IMG/VR virus record: IMGVR_UViG_3300014613_000013
Span: 1-41,022 of that record
Direction: 5' to 3' (one strand)
Length of the DNA stretch: 41,022 bases
Source: a virus
Lineage: Duplodnaviria; Caudoviricetes
Shown: one piece after another, positions 15,896 through 24,880 of the stretch
Layout: each line of letters starts with the position of its first letter
How positions within the stretch are numbered: the first letter of the stretch is position 1
The notes under the pieces: model-generated
What the model was told of the DNA's origin: nothing
The model's database searches: none
The model's input: the letters and a program-made list of their open reading frames with translations, nothing else
Translations under genes and position numbers: made by a program

Positions 15896-16182
15896 TTTTT
15901 TCTCCCTTCTAATAGTTTATTATTCATGACATATTGGGTAATGTCATGTCTAATTTTGTATGAATCTGTAGTATGATAATACATTAGTAATATATCTATA
16001 TCATCTATTCTAAGCGAATATATCGGCTGTTGATATGCTATTAATTCATAATCACTTTTACAATTTTCTTTATAAAACGGGACTATACATCCCGTGATTA
16101 ACCACCAAATTAATCCTGCAAAAATAAACAAAATAATACTAACTATTAATATATCCTGTATCTCTCTTATTATCTGTCTCAT
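15871..16182 (-). CDS. Membrane-anchored hypothetical protein
   Basis: N-terminal TM helix; 103 aa. Confidence 0.65.
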   Translation of the reverse strand: MRQIIREIQDILIVSIILFIFAGLIWWLITGCIVPFYKENCKSDYELIAYQQPIYSLRIDDIDILLMYYHTTDSYKIRHDITQYVMNNKLLEGRKKWRRLARY

Positions 16183-16370
16183 AAGAACACCACAAGAAAA
16201 ATAATAAATGCAACAAATGCAACCCCAAAATAAACAAAAGCCAATATCTGCTCTAATTCGTTCATTGATGAAATATCTTCGTATAAGTCTATAACACCCC
16301 TAACAATCGCCATCTTTACGCCCCATTTGACGCATCGCCCCTTTAGTAATACCAAAGGGTTATTTCTCAT
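16179..16370 (-). CDS. Small membrane protein
   Basis: C-terminal TM helix; GGAGG RBS. Confidence 0.55.
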   Translation of the reverse strand: MRNNPLVLLKGRCVKWGVKMAIVRGVIDLYEDISSMNELEQILAFVYFGVAFVAFIIFLVVFL

Positions 16371-16504
16371 TTATTTTCCTCCTGTAATTGAAACGAATAT
16401 AACACAACTAAGTATTAATAATATTATATTCAGTCCCCAATAAATTACATCATCCTTAATTCGTCGCCATTTGTTCATCTTACCTTCACTCCTTAATTGA
16501 TACC

Positions 16505-16867
16505 TCATAACCACCATACCTCCGATTTACGGATTATAAGTATGTCGTAACCCGATCTAAGACCACATCTCTTTACGATCTTCTTATAATGTCTATCATT
16601 GTAACTATCTTCTTCTCTACACAATTCAAATAATCTTTCAATCATTGCGGTGTCAATTTCGTCCCAAAATTTAGATTTTCTGATAGACTTTTTTATTTCA
16701 TTATATATATCAGTCGCTAATCCAACATTGAACCATTGATACTTATAATGTTTATTTTGTCCCTTAGATTTTGCGAATAATTTTTTTAATTCATCATCAG
16801 TAAACTTGCTAATAATGAACCCTTGACTTGAATAATAAAGTTTGTTATTATTTTCGTGTGTGTTCAT
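16505..16867 (-). CDS. First early-arm hypothetical protein
   Basis: 120 aa; AGGAGGT RBS. Confidence 0.75.
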   Translation of the reverse strand: MNTHENNNKLYYSSQGFIISKFTDDELKKLFAKSKGQNKHYKYQWFNVGLATDIYNEIKKSIRKSKFWDEIDTAMIERLFELCREEDSYNDRHYKKIVKRCGLRSGYDILIIRKSEVWWL

Positions 16868-16901
16868 CTTATACCTCCTCGGGGGTAATTTCTTTTTCTT
16901 T

Positions 16902-16933
16902 AAGCCTCGCTTCTACTAGAGCGAGGCTTTTTT
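16902..16933 (+). terminator. Strong hairpin with T run on + strand (also lies in the leftward leader)
   Basis: AAGCCTCGCT-tctactag-AGCGAGGCTT-TTTT. Confidence 0.65.
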
Positions 16934-16950
16934 ATCCCTCTCGCAATATA

Positions 16951-16979
16951 AGTTAACCATATAAATGGTTATTTGTCAA
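16951..16979 (-). promoter_or_regulatory. Main leftward promoter with palindromic operator
   Basis: TTGACA-N17-TTAACT overlapped by TAACCA-N6-TGGTTA. Confidence 0.7.
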
Positions 16980-17022
16980 GTAAAAAATAAATTTTTTTTA
17001 TCGTCGAGAAAATAAAAAAAGA

Positions 17023-17051
17023 TTGAAAATAAAAGTAAAAAGATGTATAAT
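17023..17051 (+). promoter_or_regulatory. Rightward sigma70 promoter
   Basis: TTGAAA-N17-TATAAT; ATG follows 5 nt later. Confidence 0.75.
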
Positions 17052-17056
17052 ATATT

Positions 17057-17629
17057 ATGTCCGAAAAAATAATAGTTCCAGCTCAAAATAGAATATTAGC
17101 CAAAATGATTTATACACATAAAATAAATAATTGGCTTTTTTTACCTGATACAGATAAAAAGAAAAACTATTCAGTTAAAGCAACAGTAGAAGCGATAGGG
17201 GCAGGAATATGCCTAGACGGGGTCAAATTGGGCGATACAGTGATTTTTAAGCCTGGTGTGGGTGAATTTACCTTTAATACAATTAAAATCAATCACGATT
17301 CAAATGAGACTTATGTAGTGCTACAAGAATCAGACATACTAGCTAAAGAAGAAGATAATCAGATTATACCACTTAATGGGTATGCTTTTTGTCAAAGATA
17401 TATAAAAGAAGAAAAGAGTAATTCGGGAATAATAATTTCGCAAGATAAAAATAAAGAAGATATTAAAGAAGGCAAATTAATTAAAACAAAGCTTATACGT
17501 TCAGACATACAAGAATTAAAAGAAATTCCAATAGATACAACACTTTATGTATCTTTTTTCTATACATTTCACAAGGATAATCAAGAATATCAGTTTATGC
17601 AAGAAGAGGATATATGGTTAATAAGCTAA
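17057..17629 (+). CDS. groES: Tandem two-domain GroES/Cpn10-like co-chaperonin
   Basis: Domain 1: VPAQNRILAK..LFLPD..TVEAIGAG..VKLGDTVIF..LQESDILA. Domain 2: IIPLNG..EEKSNSGIII..EG..EYQFMQEEDI. Confidence 0.75.
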   Translation: MSEKIIVPAQNRILAKMIYTHKINNWLFLPDTDKKKNYSVKATVEAIGAGICLDGVKLGDTVIFKPGVGEFTFNTIKINHDSNETYVVLQESDILAKEEDNQIIPLNGYAFCQRYIKEEKSNSGIIISQDKNKEDIKEGKLIKTKLIRSDIQELKEIPIDTTLYVSFFYTFHKDNQEYQFMQEEDIWLIS

Positions 17630-17703
17630 AAGAAAAAGTAGACTTATTTTTGATTAATAAAGCAAAAGAAGCGGGATTTAAGAGTTGGTCGGAGGTAATG
17701 TAA

Positions 17704-17913
17704 ATGACAAAAGCTATTTGTTTAGATGGACATTTAATAGATATTGATAGTATTAAGGCAATAGGCCCTATAAAACAAGATGAATCTACTAAAGAGTATA
17801 GTTTTAATATATATGTTGATTTTAAGAAAGAGCATTTTATTATAGATGGAGAACAGGACGAAGTAATAACAAAAAGAGATTATCTTTTGGAATCAAAAGG
17901 ATGGACATATTGA
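17704..17913 (+). CDS. Hypothetical protein
   Basis: 69 aa; GGAGGT RBS. Confidence 0.65.
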   Translation: MTKAICLDGHLIDIDSIKAIGPIKQDESTKEYSFNIYVDFKKEHFIIDGEQDEVITKRDYLLESKGWTY

Positions 17914-18152
17914 TATTATTTGATACTGAAACAACAGGATTCCCTAAATATGTAGATGTAGATTTAGAAAAACAACCTAAAATAATTGATTTTGCAGCAA
18001 TAAAGTTAGATGATAATACTCTTGAAGAAGTTGATCGTATTGAATTTTTATGTAATCCACAAGAAAAGTTAGATGAAAAGATTAAAGAAATAACTAAATT
18101 GACTGATAAAGATTTAGAAGATAAACAAAGTTTTGAATCATATTACCTTTGA
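17901..18152 (+). pseudogene. Truncated DEDD (DnaQ-like) 3'-5' exonuclease
   Basis: ExoI motif FDTETTG and ITKLTDKDL present; stops at 83 aa with no ExoII/III motifs seen downstream. Confidence 0.7.
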
Positions 18153-18334
18153 ATATAAAGCAAGAAATAGAAAAATTGAAAAGTAAGTTAAATATATATG
18201 ATAATCATAAGCATTGCAAGAGTTAATGAATCATCAGAAGAATAGAAGCTATATTTAAAAAAAGATATATCAGGATAACTAGTGTTAAACTCCAAAAAAT
18301 ACAACTATTATATGAATTTTAAGGATTTTCAGAC

Positions 18335-18742
18335 ATGGCAAAAGATATTCTAACAGTTGAAGATAGACTTGAAGCGGCATGGCGAGCTGGAGCAAATGAC
18401 ATGGAAGCTATATTGCATGCTGACGTATCTAAAGCGTGGTATTATAAGTATCTTCAAGAGCATCCTGACGTAGCTGAAAGAAGAGACAAACTCAGAAAAA
18501 ACCTTACCTTACATAGCAAATTCAATGTTTCTAAGAGCATAATAGAAAAAGGAAATATTAATGATTCTAAATGGTATTTAGAGAAAGTAGATTCAGATTT
18601 CAATCCTAAACAAGCACAATCTTCTATTATATTAATAGATCAAAGAAAAGCAGTAGAAAGTAAGCTTAGAGAGATCATAGACATAGAGAAGATAGAAGTA
18701 GTAAAAGGTAAAGTGGTTGAGAGTGCTAACGAAGAAGAATAA
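18335..18742 (+). CDS. terS: Putative terminase small subunit
   Basis: HTH-like N-terminus (EAILHADVSKAWYY), SKWYLEK motif, directly upstream of terL. Confidence 0.7.
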   Translation: MAKDILTVEDRLEAAWRAGANDMEAILHADVSKAWYYKYLQEHPDVAERRDKLRKNLTLHSKFNVSKSIIEKGNINDSKWYLEKVDSDFNPKQAQSSIILIDQRKAVESKLREIIDIEKIEVVKGKVVESANEEE

Positions 18743-18813
18743 GAGTCTTAATCACCTTAGGGCGAATTGAAACAAAATGTAATAAAATCAAAGGGTTTGG
18801 AGAGTGCTAAAAT

Positions 18814-20577
18814 ATGAGCGAAGACCCAATAAAAGCTTTAAATGATGAGCAATTAAACATTGCATTAAAGATACTTATCGAAAAGAATCCGTTCTTATTA
18901 ATCGAAAAAGAATTCCTTAAAATACGTACAAAAAAAGGCGAGATAGTAACATTCAAACTTAATCCTTGCCAATCAAAAGTGTTAGCGATAGTTAAAGACT
19001 TATGGATGAAGAACAAACCTATCAGAATAGTAATCCTCAAAGCTAGACAGCATGGTATAAGTACATTAGTACAAGCTATAATCTTTGCATTAAGCTCACA
19101 ATTGCATAATAAAACATCATTAGTGATAGGCTACGATAAAGATAATGCTAATCATTTGTTTGACATTGGGCGTAGATATTATGAAGAACTAAGTAAACCT
19201 AATTTTGAATTTAGTTTCTTGGTCGGTGATAAAGAAAAAAGTAACGAAAAGAAGATTAAGTTTGAAGACACGCAAAGTGAAATCCATGTTGATACAGCTA
19301 ACAATTTATCCTCTGGCCGATCATTTACATATCAATATATGCACTGTTCAGAGATAGCTTTTTGGTCTCATGCAGACATAAACTATACAGGATTAAACCA
19401 ATCTATACCATTATTACCCAATACTATGCAGTTTAATGAGTCTACAGCAAACGGAATAGGTAACTATTTCCATCAAATGTGGACAGAAGCAGTTGAAGAT
19501 AAAGATAAACCTGGTAGTTTGATCTATCCAATATTTTTAGGGTGGCATGAGAATCCTGAATATGCAATGGAAATAGAAGATTATGAAAATTTTAAAGTAG
19601 GACAAGACCATTGGGTTGAAGAGTTTGCATTAAAGACAACATTTAATTTAACGCATGAACAATTGAAGTGGCGGAGGACTATAATTGAGACTAACTGGAA
19701 AGCTGAATCTATTGATAGACGTAAAGAATTGTTCAAACAAGAGTATCCTGCTACACCTAACGAGGCATTTTTGGCGAGTGGTGAGCCTGTATTTGACAGT
19801 TTAATATTGTACAGAAGATATGAAGAAGAAGATAAAGCTAAGAATTTGTATAAGAAATATTATGTTATAGATTATTCAGATTTTTATAAGTTTGAGCTAG
19901 GTAAAGAAAACGGGCTATATGGGGATATAGATATATATCAAATGCCTATGAAAAAATTTGAATATGTTGCTGCTATAGATGTAGCTGAAGGTGTTGAAGG
20001 TGGCGATTATTCTGTAATGAATATATTTAATATTCGAACAGGTGAGCAAGTATTACATTATAGTTGTAATATAGATGTAGATTTGTTTGGTGATAAAGTT
20101 AATAAGATATTAAGATTATATAATAGTCCGTTATGTGTAATTGAGCGTAACAATCATGGTCATGCATTAATCACTATACTATCTAATCAACATAAATATG
20201 GGAACTTATATGTATTCAAACAAGATGAAAAAATCGGGTTGCCTACCACAATGGTGACAAGAACAATAGCAATTAATTATTTAAAAGAATTGATAAGAGA
20301 CGAATATTTTGTTATACATAGTTTAAAGAGCATTAAAGAATTATTGACATTTATTAATTTTAAAGGTAAATCACAAGCACAGAGTAATTGTCATGATGAT
20401 GAAGTTGCAACATTATGGTTAGTAGCTTATGTATTAAGAGAGGGACTGTTCGATAGGGTTATGAGTAACGCACAACATGATCCTGATAATCAGAATAGTC
20501 AACTTAAAGCTAATTATCATGATTTGATAAGTAAAATGAATAAGAAAGGCAAAGGTAATAAAGTAACGGGATATTAA
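18814..20577 (+). CDS. terL: Terminase large subunit
   Basis: ILKARQHGIST, HCSEIAFW, ESTANG, QEYP, AIDVAEG, IERNNHG, HDD. Confidence 0.95.
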   Translation: MSEDPIKALNDEQLNIALKILIEKNPFLLIEKEFLKIRTKKGEIVTFKLNPCQSKVLAIVKDLWMKNKPIRIVILKARQHGISTLVQAIIFALSSQLHNKTSLVIGYDKDNANHLFDIGRRYYEELSKPNFEFSFLVGDKEKSNEKKIKFEDTQSEIHVDTANNLSSGRSFTYQYMHCSEIAFWSHADINYTGLNQSIPLLPNTMQFNESTANGIGNYFHQMWTEAVEDKDKPGSLIYPIFLGWHENPEYAMEIEDYENFKVGQDHWVEEFALKTTFNLTHEQLKWRRTIIETNWKAESIDRRKELFKQEYPATPNEAFLASGEPVFDSLILYRRYEEEDKAKNLYKKYYVIDYSDFYKFELGKENGLYGDIDIYQMPMKKFEYVAAIDVAEGVEGGDYSVMNIFNIRTGEQVLHYSCNIDVDLFGDKVNKILRLYNSPLCVIERNNHGHALITILSNQHKYGNLYVFKQDEKIGLPTTMVTRTIAINYLKELIRDEYFVIHSLKSIKELLTFINFKGKSQAQSNCHDDEVATLWLVAYVLREGLFDRVMSNAQHDPDNQNSQLKANYHDLISKMNKKGKGNKVTGY

Positions 20578-20579
20578 GA

Positions 20580-20918
20580 ATGCAATGTATATATTGTGAA
20601 GAAGAACGCAGATTAAATCAAAGAACATGTAAAAAATGTCATGCAAAATATATGAGAACATGGCGGAAAAAACATCCTTTAAATGAACAACAAAAAATTA
20701 AAGGTAATTGTAGAAGTTACACAAATACTTATAAAAGACGGAATAAAATAGTAAAAGGAAAATGTTTGATTTGTGGATCAGATAATGTAGAAATACATCA
20801 TCCTGATTATAATAATCCATTGAAAATAATATGGTTATGTAGAAATTGTCATTTAAAATATCACAAATTAGAAAAAAATAATTTAAACAAATTAGGGAGG
20901 ATAATATGTCAGAAATAA
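20580..20918 (+). CDS. HNH endonuclease
   Basis: CxxC pairs; CLICG..EIHHPDYNNPLKIIWLCRNCH. Confidence 0.85.
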   Translation: MQCIYCEEERRLNQRTCKKCHAKYMRTWRKKHPLNEQQKIKGNCRSYTNTYKRRNKIVKGKCLICGSDNVEIHHPDYNNPLKIIWLCRNCHLKYHKLEKNNLNKLGRIICQK

Positions 20919-21388
20919 AGAAAAAAAAGAAAAGAGGTAGACCCCCGAAGAAGGTTAAGGTGGTTGAAGAAGAAATAATTAGAGTTGAGGAAACAAACAA
21001 AGAACAAAAGGAATCTAAGATAGTTGATGAAGTAGAAGTAATGCCATCTTTAGAGACACCAAAAGAGCCTAAGGTAGTAGAAGAAAATGTTAAAGATATG
21101 CCTGAAAAACAAATTAATCAAGATATAAAGATTGATAAACAAGGGTTTGTTACATTAGCAGTATCAGAAGAAACACCTAGAATGATAGTAAGAGAAAGAG
21201 AAATAGCTATAAAAGATATAACCGATATACAAGAAATAGTATTTCCTATGCTTGAGAAAATAGGTGTAGTTGATAGGACTTTTGTAGAGATACAAAAAAA
21301 CGATGGATTTAGATATTTTTGGAGAGGGACTAAAGCTGAGTTTAAAGAAAAATTAAACCAGGAGAAAAAGAATGCGAGTGATAAATAA
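20906..21388 (+). CDS. Hypothetical protein with N-terminal AT-hook-like motif
   Basis: KKKRGRPPKK; GGGAGG RBS. Confidence 0.7.
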   Translation: MSEIKKKKKRGRPPKKVKVVEEEIIRVEETNKEQKESKIVDEVEVMPSLETPKEPKVVEENVKDMPEKQINQDIKIDKQGFVTLAVSEETPRMIVREREIAIKDITDIQEIVFPMLEKIGVVDRTFVEIQKNDGFRYFWRGTKAEFKEKLNQEKKNASDK

Positions 21389-21662
21389 TCAAGTTTTAAT
21401 TGAAATCCTAGATAAAGATATAAGTAAAGGTGGATTAATAATCCCAGAAACTGCCAAAAATGTACATTCTCGACAAATGGGGAAAATAGTAGCAATAGAT
21501 GAAGGTATAACATCTTTTAAGAAAGATGATAAGGTATTCTATGATAGATATGCAGGCAATCCATTATCTATATTAGATAACGAACGATTAGGACTAGAAA
21601 GGGGAAAATATTATATGATAATAGATATAGATAGTCTATTTGCTAAGATAGAGGAGGAATAA
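21372..21662 (+). CDS. groES: GroES/Cpn10-like co-chaperonin
   Basis: NQVLIE..SKGGLIIPETAK..GKIVAI..KKDDKVFYDRYAG..SLFAKIE. Confidence 0.88.
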   Translation: MRVINNQVLIEILDKDISKGGLIIPETAKNVHSRQMGKIVAIDEGITSFKKDDKVFYDRYAGNPLSILDNERLGLERGKYYMIIDIDSLFAKIEEE

Positions 21663-21890
21663 ATGGTAGAATTAAAAGAAGAAAAGAAAGATGAAACTAT
21701 TTTAGAGATTAAAGAAGGAAAATTAAAATTAGAAATAAATTTAATAGAAACTATGCCTATTCTAGTTAGAGGTTATTTAGATCAAGCTAGATTTATGTAT
21801 GATAAGTTTTTATTCATGGCAGAACAAGAACGAGCTAAAAAACAAGCAAACACAAAGATAGTACAACCTAAAAGTAAAATAATAACTTGA
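21663..21890 (+). CDS. Hypothetical protein
   Basis: 75 aa; GAGGAGG RBS. Confidence 0.7.
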   Translation: MVELKEEKKDETILEIKEGKLKLEINLIETMPILVRGYLDQARFMYDKFLFMAEQERAKKQANTKIVQPKSKIIT

Positions 21891-21928
21891 CAACAGTAAG
21901 TTTATAGAGTTAAATATAAATATAATAT

Positions 21929-21995
21929 GGCTTAATTAATAATTATGCCTCTGATTCGGTTATTATATGTAATCGTCTTGGAGGCATTTTTTTTT
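21929..21995 (+). terminator. Attenuator-like element 1 (before portal)
   Basis: GGC..GCC hairpin overlapping a long ATGCCTC..CGGTTAT..GTAATCG..GAGGCAT hairpin plus T run. Confidence 0.7.
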
Positions 21996-22012
21996 GTGAG
22001 GGTAAATCAAAG

Positions 22013-24079
22013 ATGGCAGAAAACGAAAAAAAAGGTATAAGCAGTATTATTCCCGTCGAGAATGTACAGATTGAAGATAACAATTTGTATTCGCAACAAG
22101 TAGAGCTTACCGAAGAACAACGAGAGAAACTATGTAAAGAATTATATAACGATATAGATAGAGCTTTAGAAGATAAAGATAGTTTAGTTCAAGAGATTGA
22201 AGAATATAAGAAAGCTATTTATCTTGAACCTGATGAAGATGAAAAGGTCAGCCCTTGGGATGGTGCTAGTAATTATTGTGATATGTTAACGTCTAATCAG
22301 ATTAAAATATTGCAATCAAGTGTTAACAATGCGATGTTAATTGATCCAATATGGATTGTATCAACACCATTTGAACAAGAATATGAAATGTATTTAGACG
22401 ATGGATTAAACTATTACGCTAATAATTATATGGAAATCCAAACTAAATTAAAAGATGTTATAGGGTTAGCATTAGAAGAAGCTACAAGTTTCTGTGAGGT
22501 ATATGATGTAACTTCAACAAGAAATTTAAAAATGAAGCAAGAGTATTTTGGTATTGAAGAGTTTGTTAATGCTTATCCATCCCCTAAATCAGCAGGTCTC
22601 GAGTTAAAAGAATATAACCAGGTTTTAGAGGATGTGGCTGATAAGATAGATGAGTTAGGTAGTGTTACTATAGATGTTGAAGTTCCTACTACAGAGACTA
22701 AACTTAAACTTGACGTATATTCGGTTGATGAGACTGTTATAATACCTTTTAACGCAACAGATATAGATACTTGTCAAGGAGTCTTTTTTGTTTTAAAGAT
22801 GACAAATAACGATCTTAAAAGATATTCTAAAGAAGTTGAAGGTGTGTCTTTTTTTGATCCTGAAGCAGTAGAAAAGACCTTAGAGTTTGTTCCCGAAAGA
22901 GATGAGCCTTATCTTAGAAGTGAAGAAAATACACGTAATCGTATGAACATAGACACATCACAATATGATGATACTTGTGAACGCAATATATTCAAAGGTG
23001 TATATTATTTTGAGTTAGATGAAGAAGTTGGGCCTGAAGAGTTTTATATATATTTTGCGTGGAACGAAAAACAAATATTAAGAATTGAAAAGTTTGAACG
23101 AATTATGGGAGAACGATCTATAAGTGTATTTACTCCTATTCCAGTACATAGAATGATATTTGGTCGTAACATAGCAAAAGATTTAAAACCTACACAAGAA
23201 CTAGCTTCAACCTTATGGAACATGATAATAGACAACCAAGCTATAGGGAATAAACCGTTTTTTAAAGCAGATTTAAAAGAAAAAACGAATCCTAATTCTA
23301 CATTGTCTAGGGGTGGAGATAGTTTAGATATATCTCCTGGTAAAATATTTTATCTTGAAAGTCCTAGTGATTTAACACAGTTTCCTATAAGTCCGATGGA
23401 CATAAATACAGCAATAAAATCTTTAACATTTCTATATCGTGTTAGCGAAACTAATACAGGAGCTACTTCTTTACAGAGCGGGAAAGAAAGCCCAACAGAC
23501 CCTAACGCTCCAGGTAACAAGACAGCAATGTTAATCAACGAATCCAATAAAAGAATAAATGAGGTTATAGGAGCAATCAGAAGGTCTTTACAAAGACTAG
23601 GGAAACATATATTATATAAATGTTTAAGCACACAACCTACAGGTTGGAAAGATTTCACGATCAAATTTCATCAAGAAAATAAAGAGGGTAATAATAAAGT
23701 TTTACTTACACCTCAAGAAGTGTATTCTAAAAAGATTGTAGTAGATGTTAGAGGTCAATCAATGGAATACAATTTAGCAACATTAAGCGGAGAGATTAGG
23801 CAACTTATAGGATTAGTTTTAAGCAATCCAGCATTAGCACAGAATCCGTACGGAATAGATGTATTATATACTAAATTATTAAGTTATTATCATTTAAGAC
23901 CTAAAGAAATTGATAAACTATTATTGCCAGTTAAAGAAGCAATAAAACAGTTAGATATGCAAAAGAAAATGCAAGAGATGGCAGGCACAAACAATATGAT
24001 GCCACCGCCGCCACCACCACCTGGTATGGCTGGTCAACCTCAAGGTAGTGAGCAAGCACCACCTCAAGAAGGAGCATAA
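22013..24079 (+). CDS. Portal protein (podovirus/P22-like)
   Basis: 688 aa between terminase and scaffold; PWDGASN, IFGRNIAKDL..Q, SETNTGA..QSG, Q/P-rich tail. Confidence 0.75.
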   Translation: MAENEKKGISSIIPVENVQIEDNNLYSQQVELTEEQREKLCKELYNDIDRALEDKDSLVQEIEEYKKAIYLEPDEDEKVSPWDGASNYCDMLTSNQIKILQSSVNNAMLIDPIWIVSTPFEQEYEMYLDDGLNYYANNYMEIQTKLKDVIGLALEEATSFCEVYDVTSTRNLKMKQEYFGIEEFVNAYPSPKSAGLELKEYNQVLEDVADKIDELGSVTIDVEVPTTETKLKLDVYSVDETVIIPFNATDIDTCQGVFFVLKMTNNDLKRYSKEVEGVSFFDPEAVEKTLEFVPERDEPYLRSEENTRNRMNIDTSQYDDTCERNIFKGVYYFELDEEVGPEEFYIYFAWNEKQILRIEKFERIMGERSISVFTPIPVHRMIFGRNIAKDLKPTQELASTLWNMIIDNQAIGNKPFFKADLKEKTNPNSTLSRGGDSLDISPGKIFYLESPSDLTQFPISPMDINTAIKSLTFLYRVSETNTGATSLQSGKESPTDPNAPGNKTAMLINESNKRINEVIGAIRRSLQRLGKHILYKCLSTQPTGWKDFTIKFHQENKEGNNKVLLTPQEVYSKKIVVDVRGQSMEYNLATLSGEIRQLIGLVLSNPALAQNPYGIDVLYTKLLSYYHLRPKEIDKLLLPVKEAIKQLDMQKKMQEMAGTNNMMPPPPPPPGMAGQPQGSEQAPPQEGA

Positions 24080-24447
24080 TGCAGAAAGATCAATTACAAA
24101 TCAAGATTCGTGAAATATCAGATGATATAGAGTTATGTCGTAAATTAGCTGATATGGATGATAATGAATCTTGGAAAGCATATAAAACTAAGATTGAAGA
24201 AGGAATTAAGTTTAAAGAAAATGTTATACTAACTATTAATCCTGATGAGATTCAAGATAAGATTGAATTTTTAAGAAGATCATTAATAGAGATTAATGTA
24301 TTGAAAGATGTTTTAGGAATATCAGAACTTTATAAAAAGAAAACAGAAGAAAAAGTTAGTATACTTGAAACACTTAAACGACAGTTAGAAAAAATTACTA
24401 ATAGGAAAACTAGTAAACAAAGAATTAAATATGATAAAAGGATTTAA
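24079..24447 (+). CDS. Coiled-coil hypothetical protein after portal
   Basis: 122 aa, coupled to the portal stop. Confidence 0.7.
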   Translation: MQKDQLQIKIREISDDIELCRKLADMDDNESWKAYKTKIEEGIKFKENVILTINPDEIQDKIEFLRRSLIEINVLKDVLGISELYKKKTEEKVSILETLKRQLEKITNRKTSKQRIKYDKRI

Positions 24448-24703
24448 CGAATTAATAAGTTTTGTAATAGGTGAGAGTAAACTTAACGGGTTTGTTGAAG
24501 TTGAAATGAATTTTAGTGCAGGTAACGTAACGCATGTAAACTCTCACAGTGAGTGTGTTGTGGATGGATCAGATGATTTAGTTAAAGCGTTATCAAAGCT
24601 AAAACGAGATAAATATAAAGGTAAAGTATTTTTTAAACGAGATCATAAAGGTAGAACAATACTTTATCAAAAGAAATCAATAGAAATAAGTATGAATAAA
24701 TAG
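24431..24703 (+). CDS. Hypothetical protein
   Basis: 90 aa, overlapping the previous gene. Confidence 0.65.
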   Translation: MIKGFNELISFVIGESKLNGFVEVEMNFSAGNVTHVNSHSECVVDGSDDLVKALSKLKRDKYKGKVFFKRDHKGRTILYQKKSIEISMNK

Positions 24704-24726
24704 TTATTTGACATTTTTTGATACAA

Positions 24727-24795
24727 GGCCAAGAAATACTTACGCCAATCAATAGCGATTATTAATAGTAATCGTTGTCGATTGGCGTTTTTTTT
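24727..24795 (+). terminator. Attenuator-like element 2 (before scaffold)
   Basis: GGC..GCC hairpin overlapping ACGCCAATC..CGATTAT..GTAATCG..GATTGGCGT plus T run. Confidence 0.7.
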
Positions 24796-24880
24796 GTCCT
24801 TAGTAATCATAAGACGGTCATCGCCTGGGGCTTGTAAAATACTAGGTTGTAAAAACTTATGCAAACGGAGGATAAGAAAA

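Noticed and set aside
24782-24880. Scaffold N-terminal extension from TTG 24782
   Set aside because: That start lies within a terminator hairpin; ATG 24881 has a clear GGAGG RBS.
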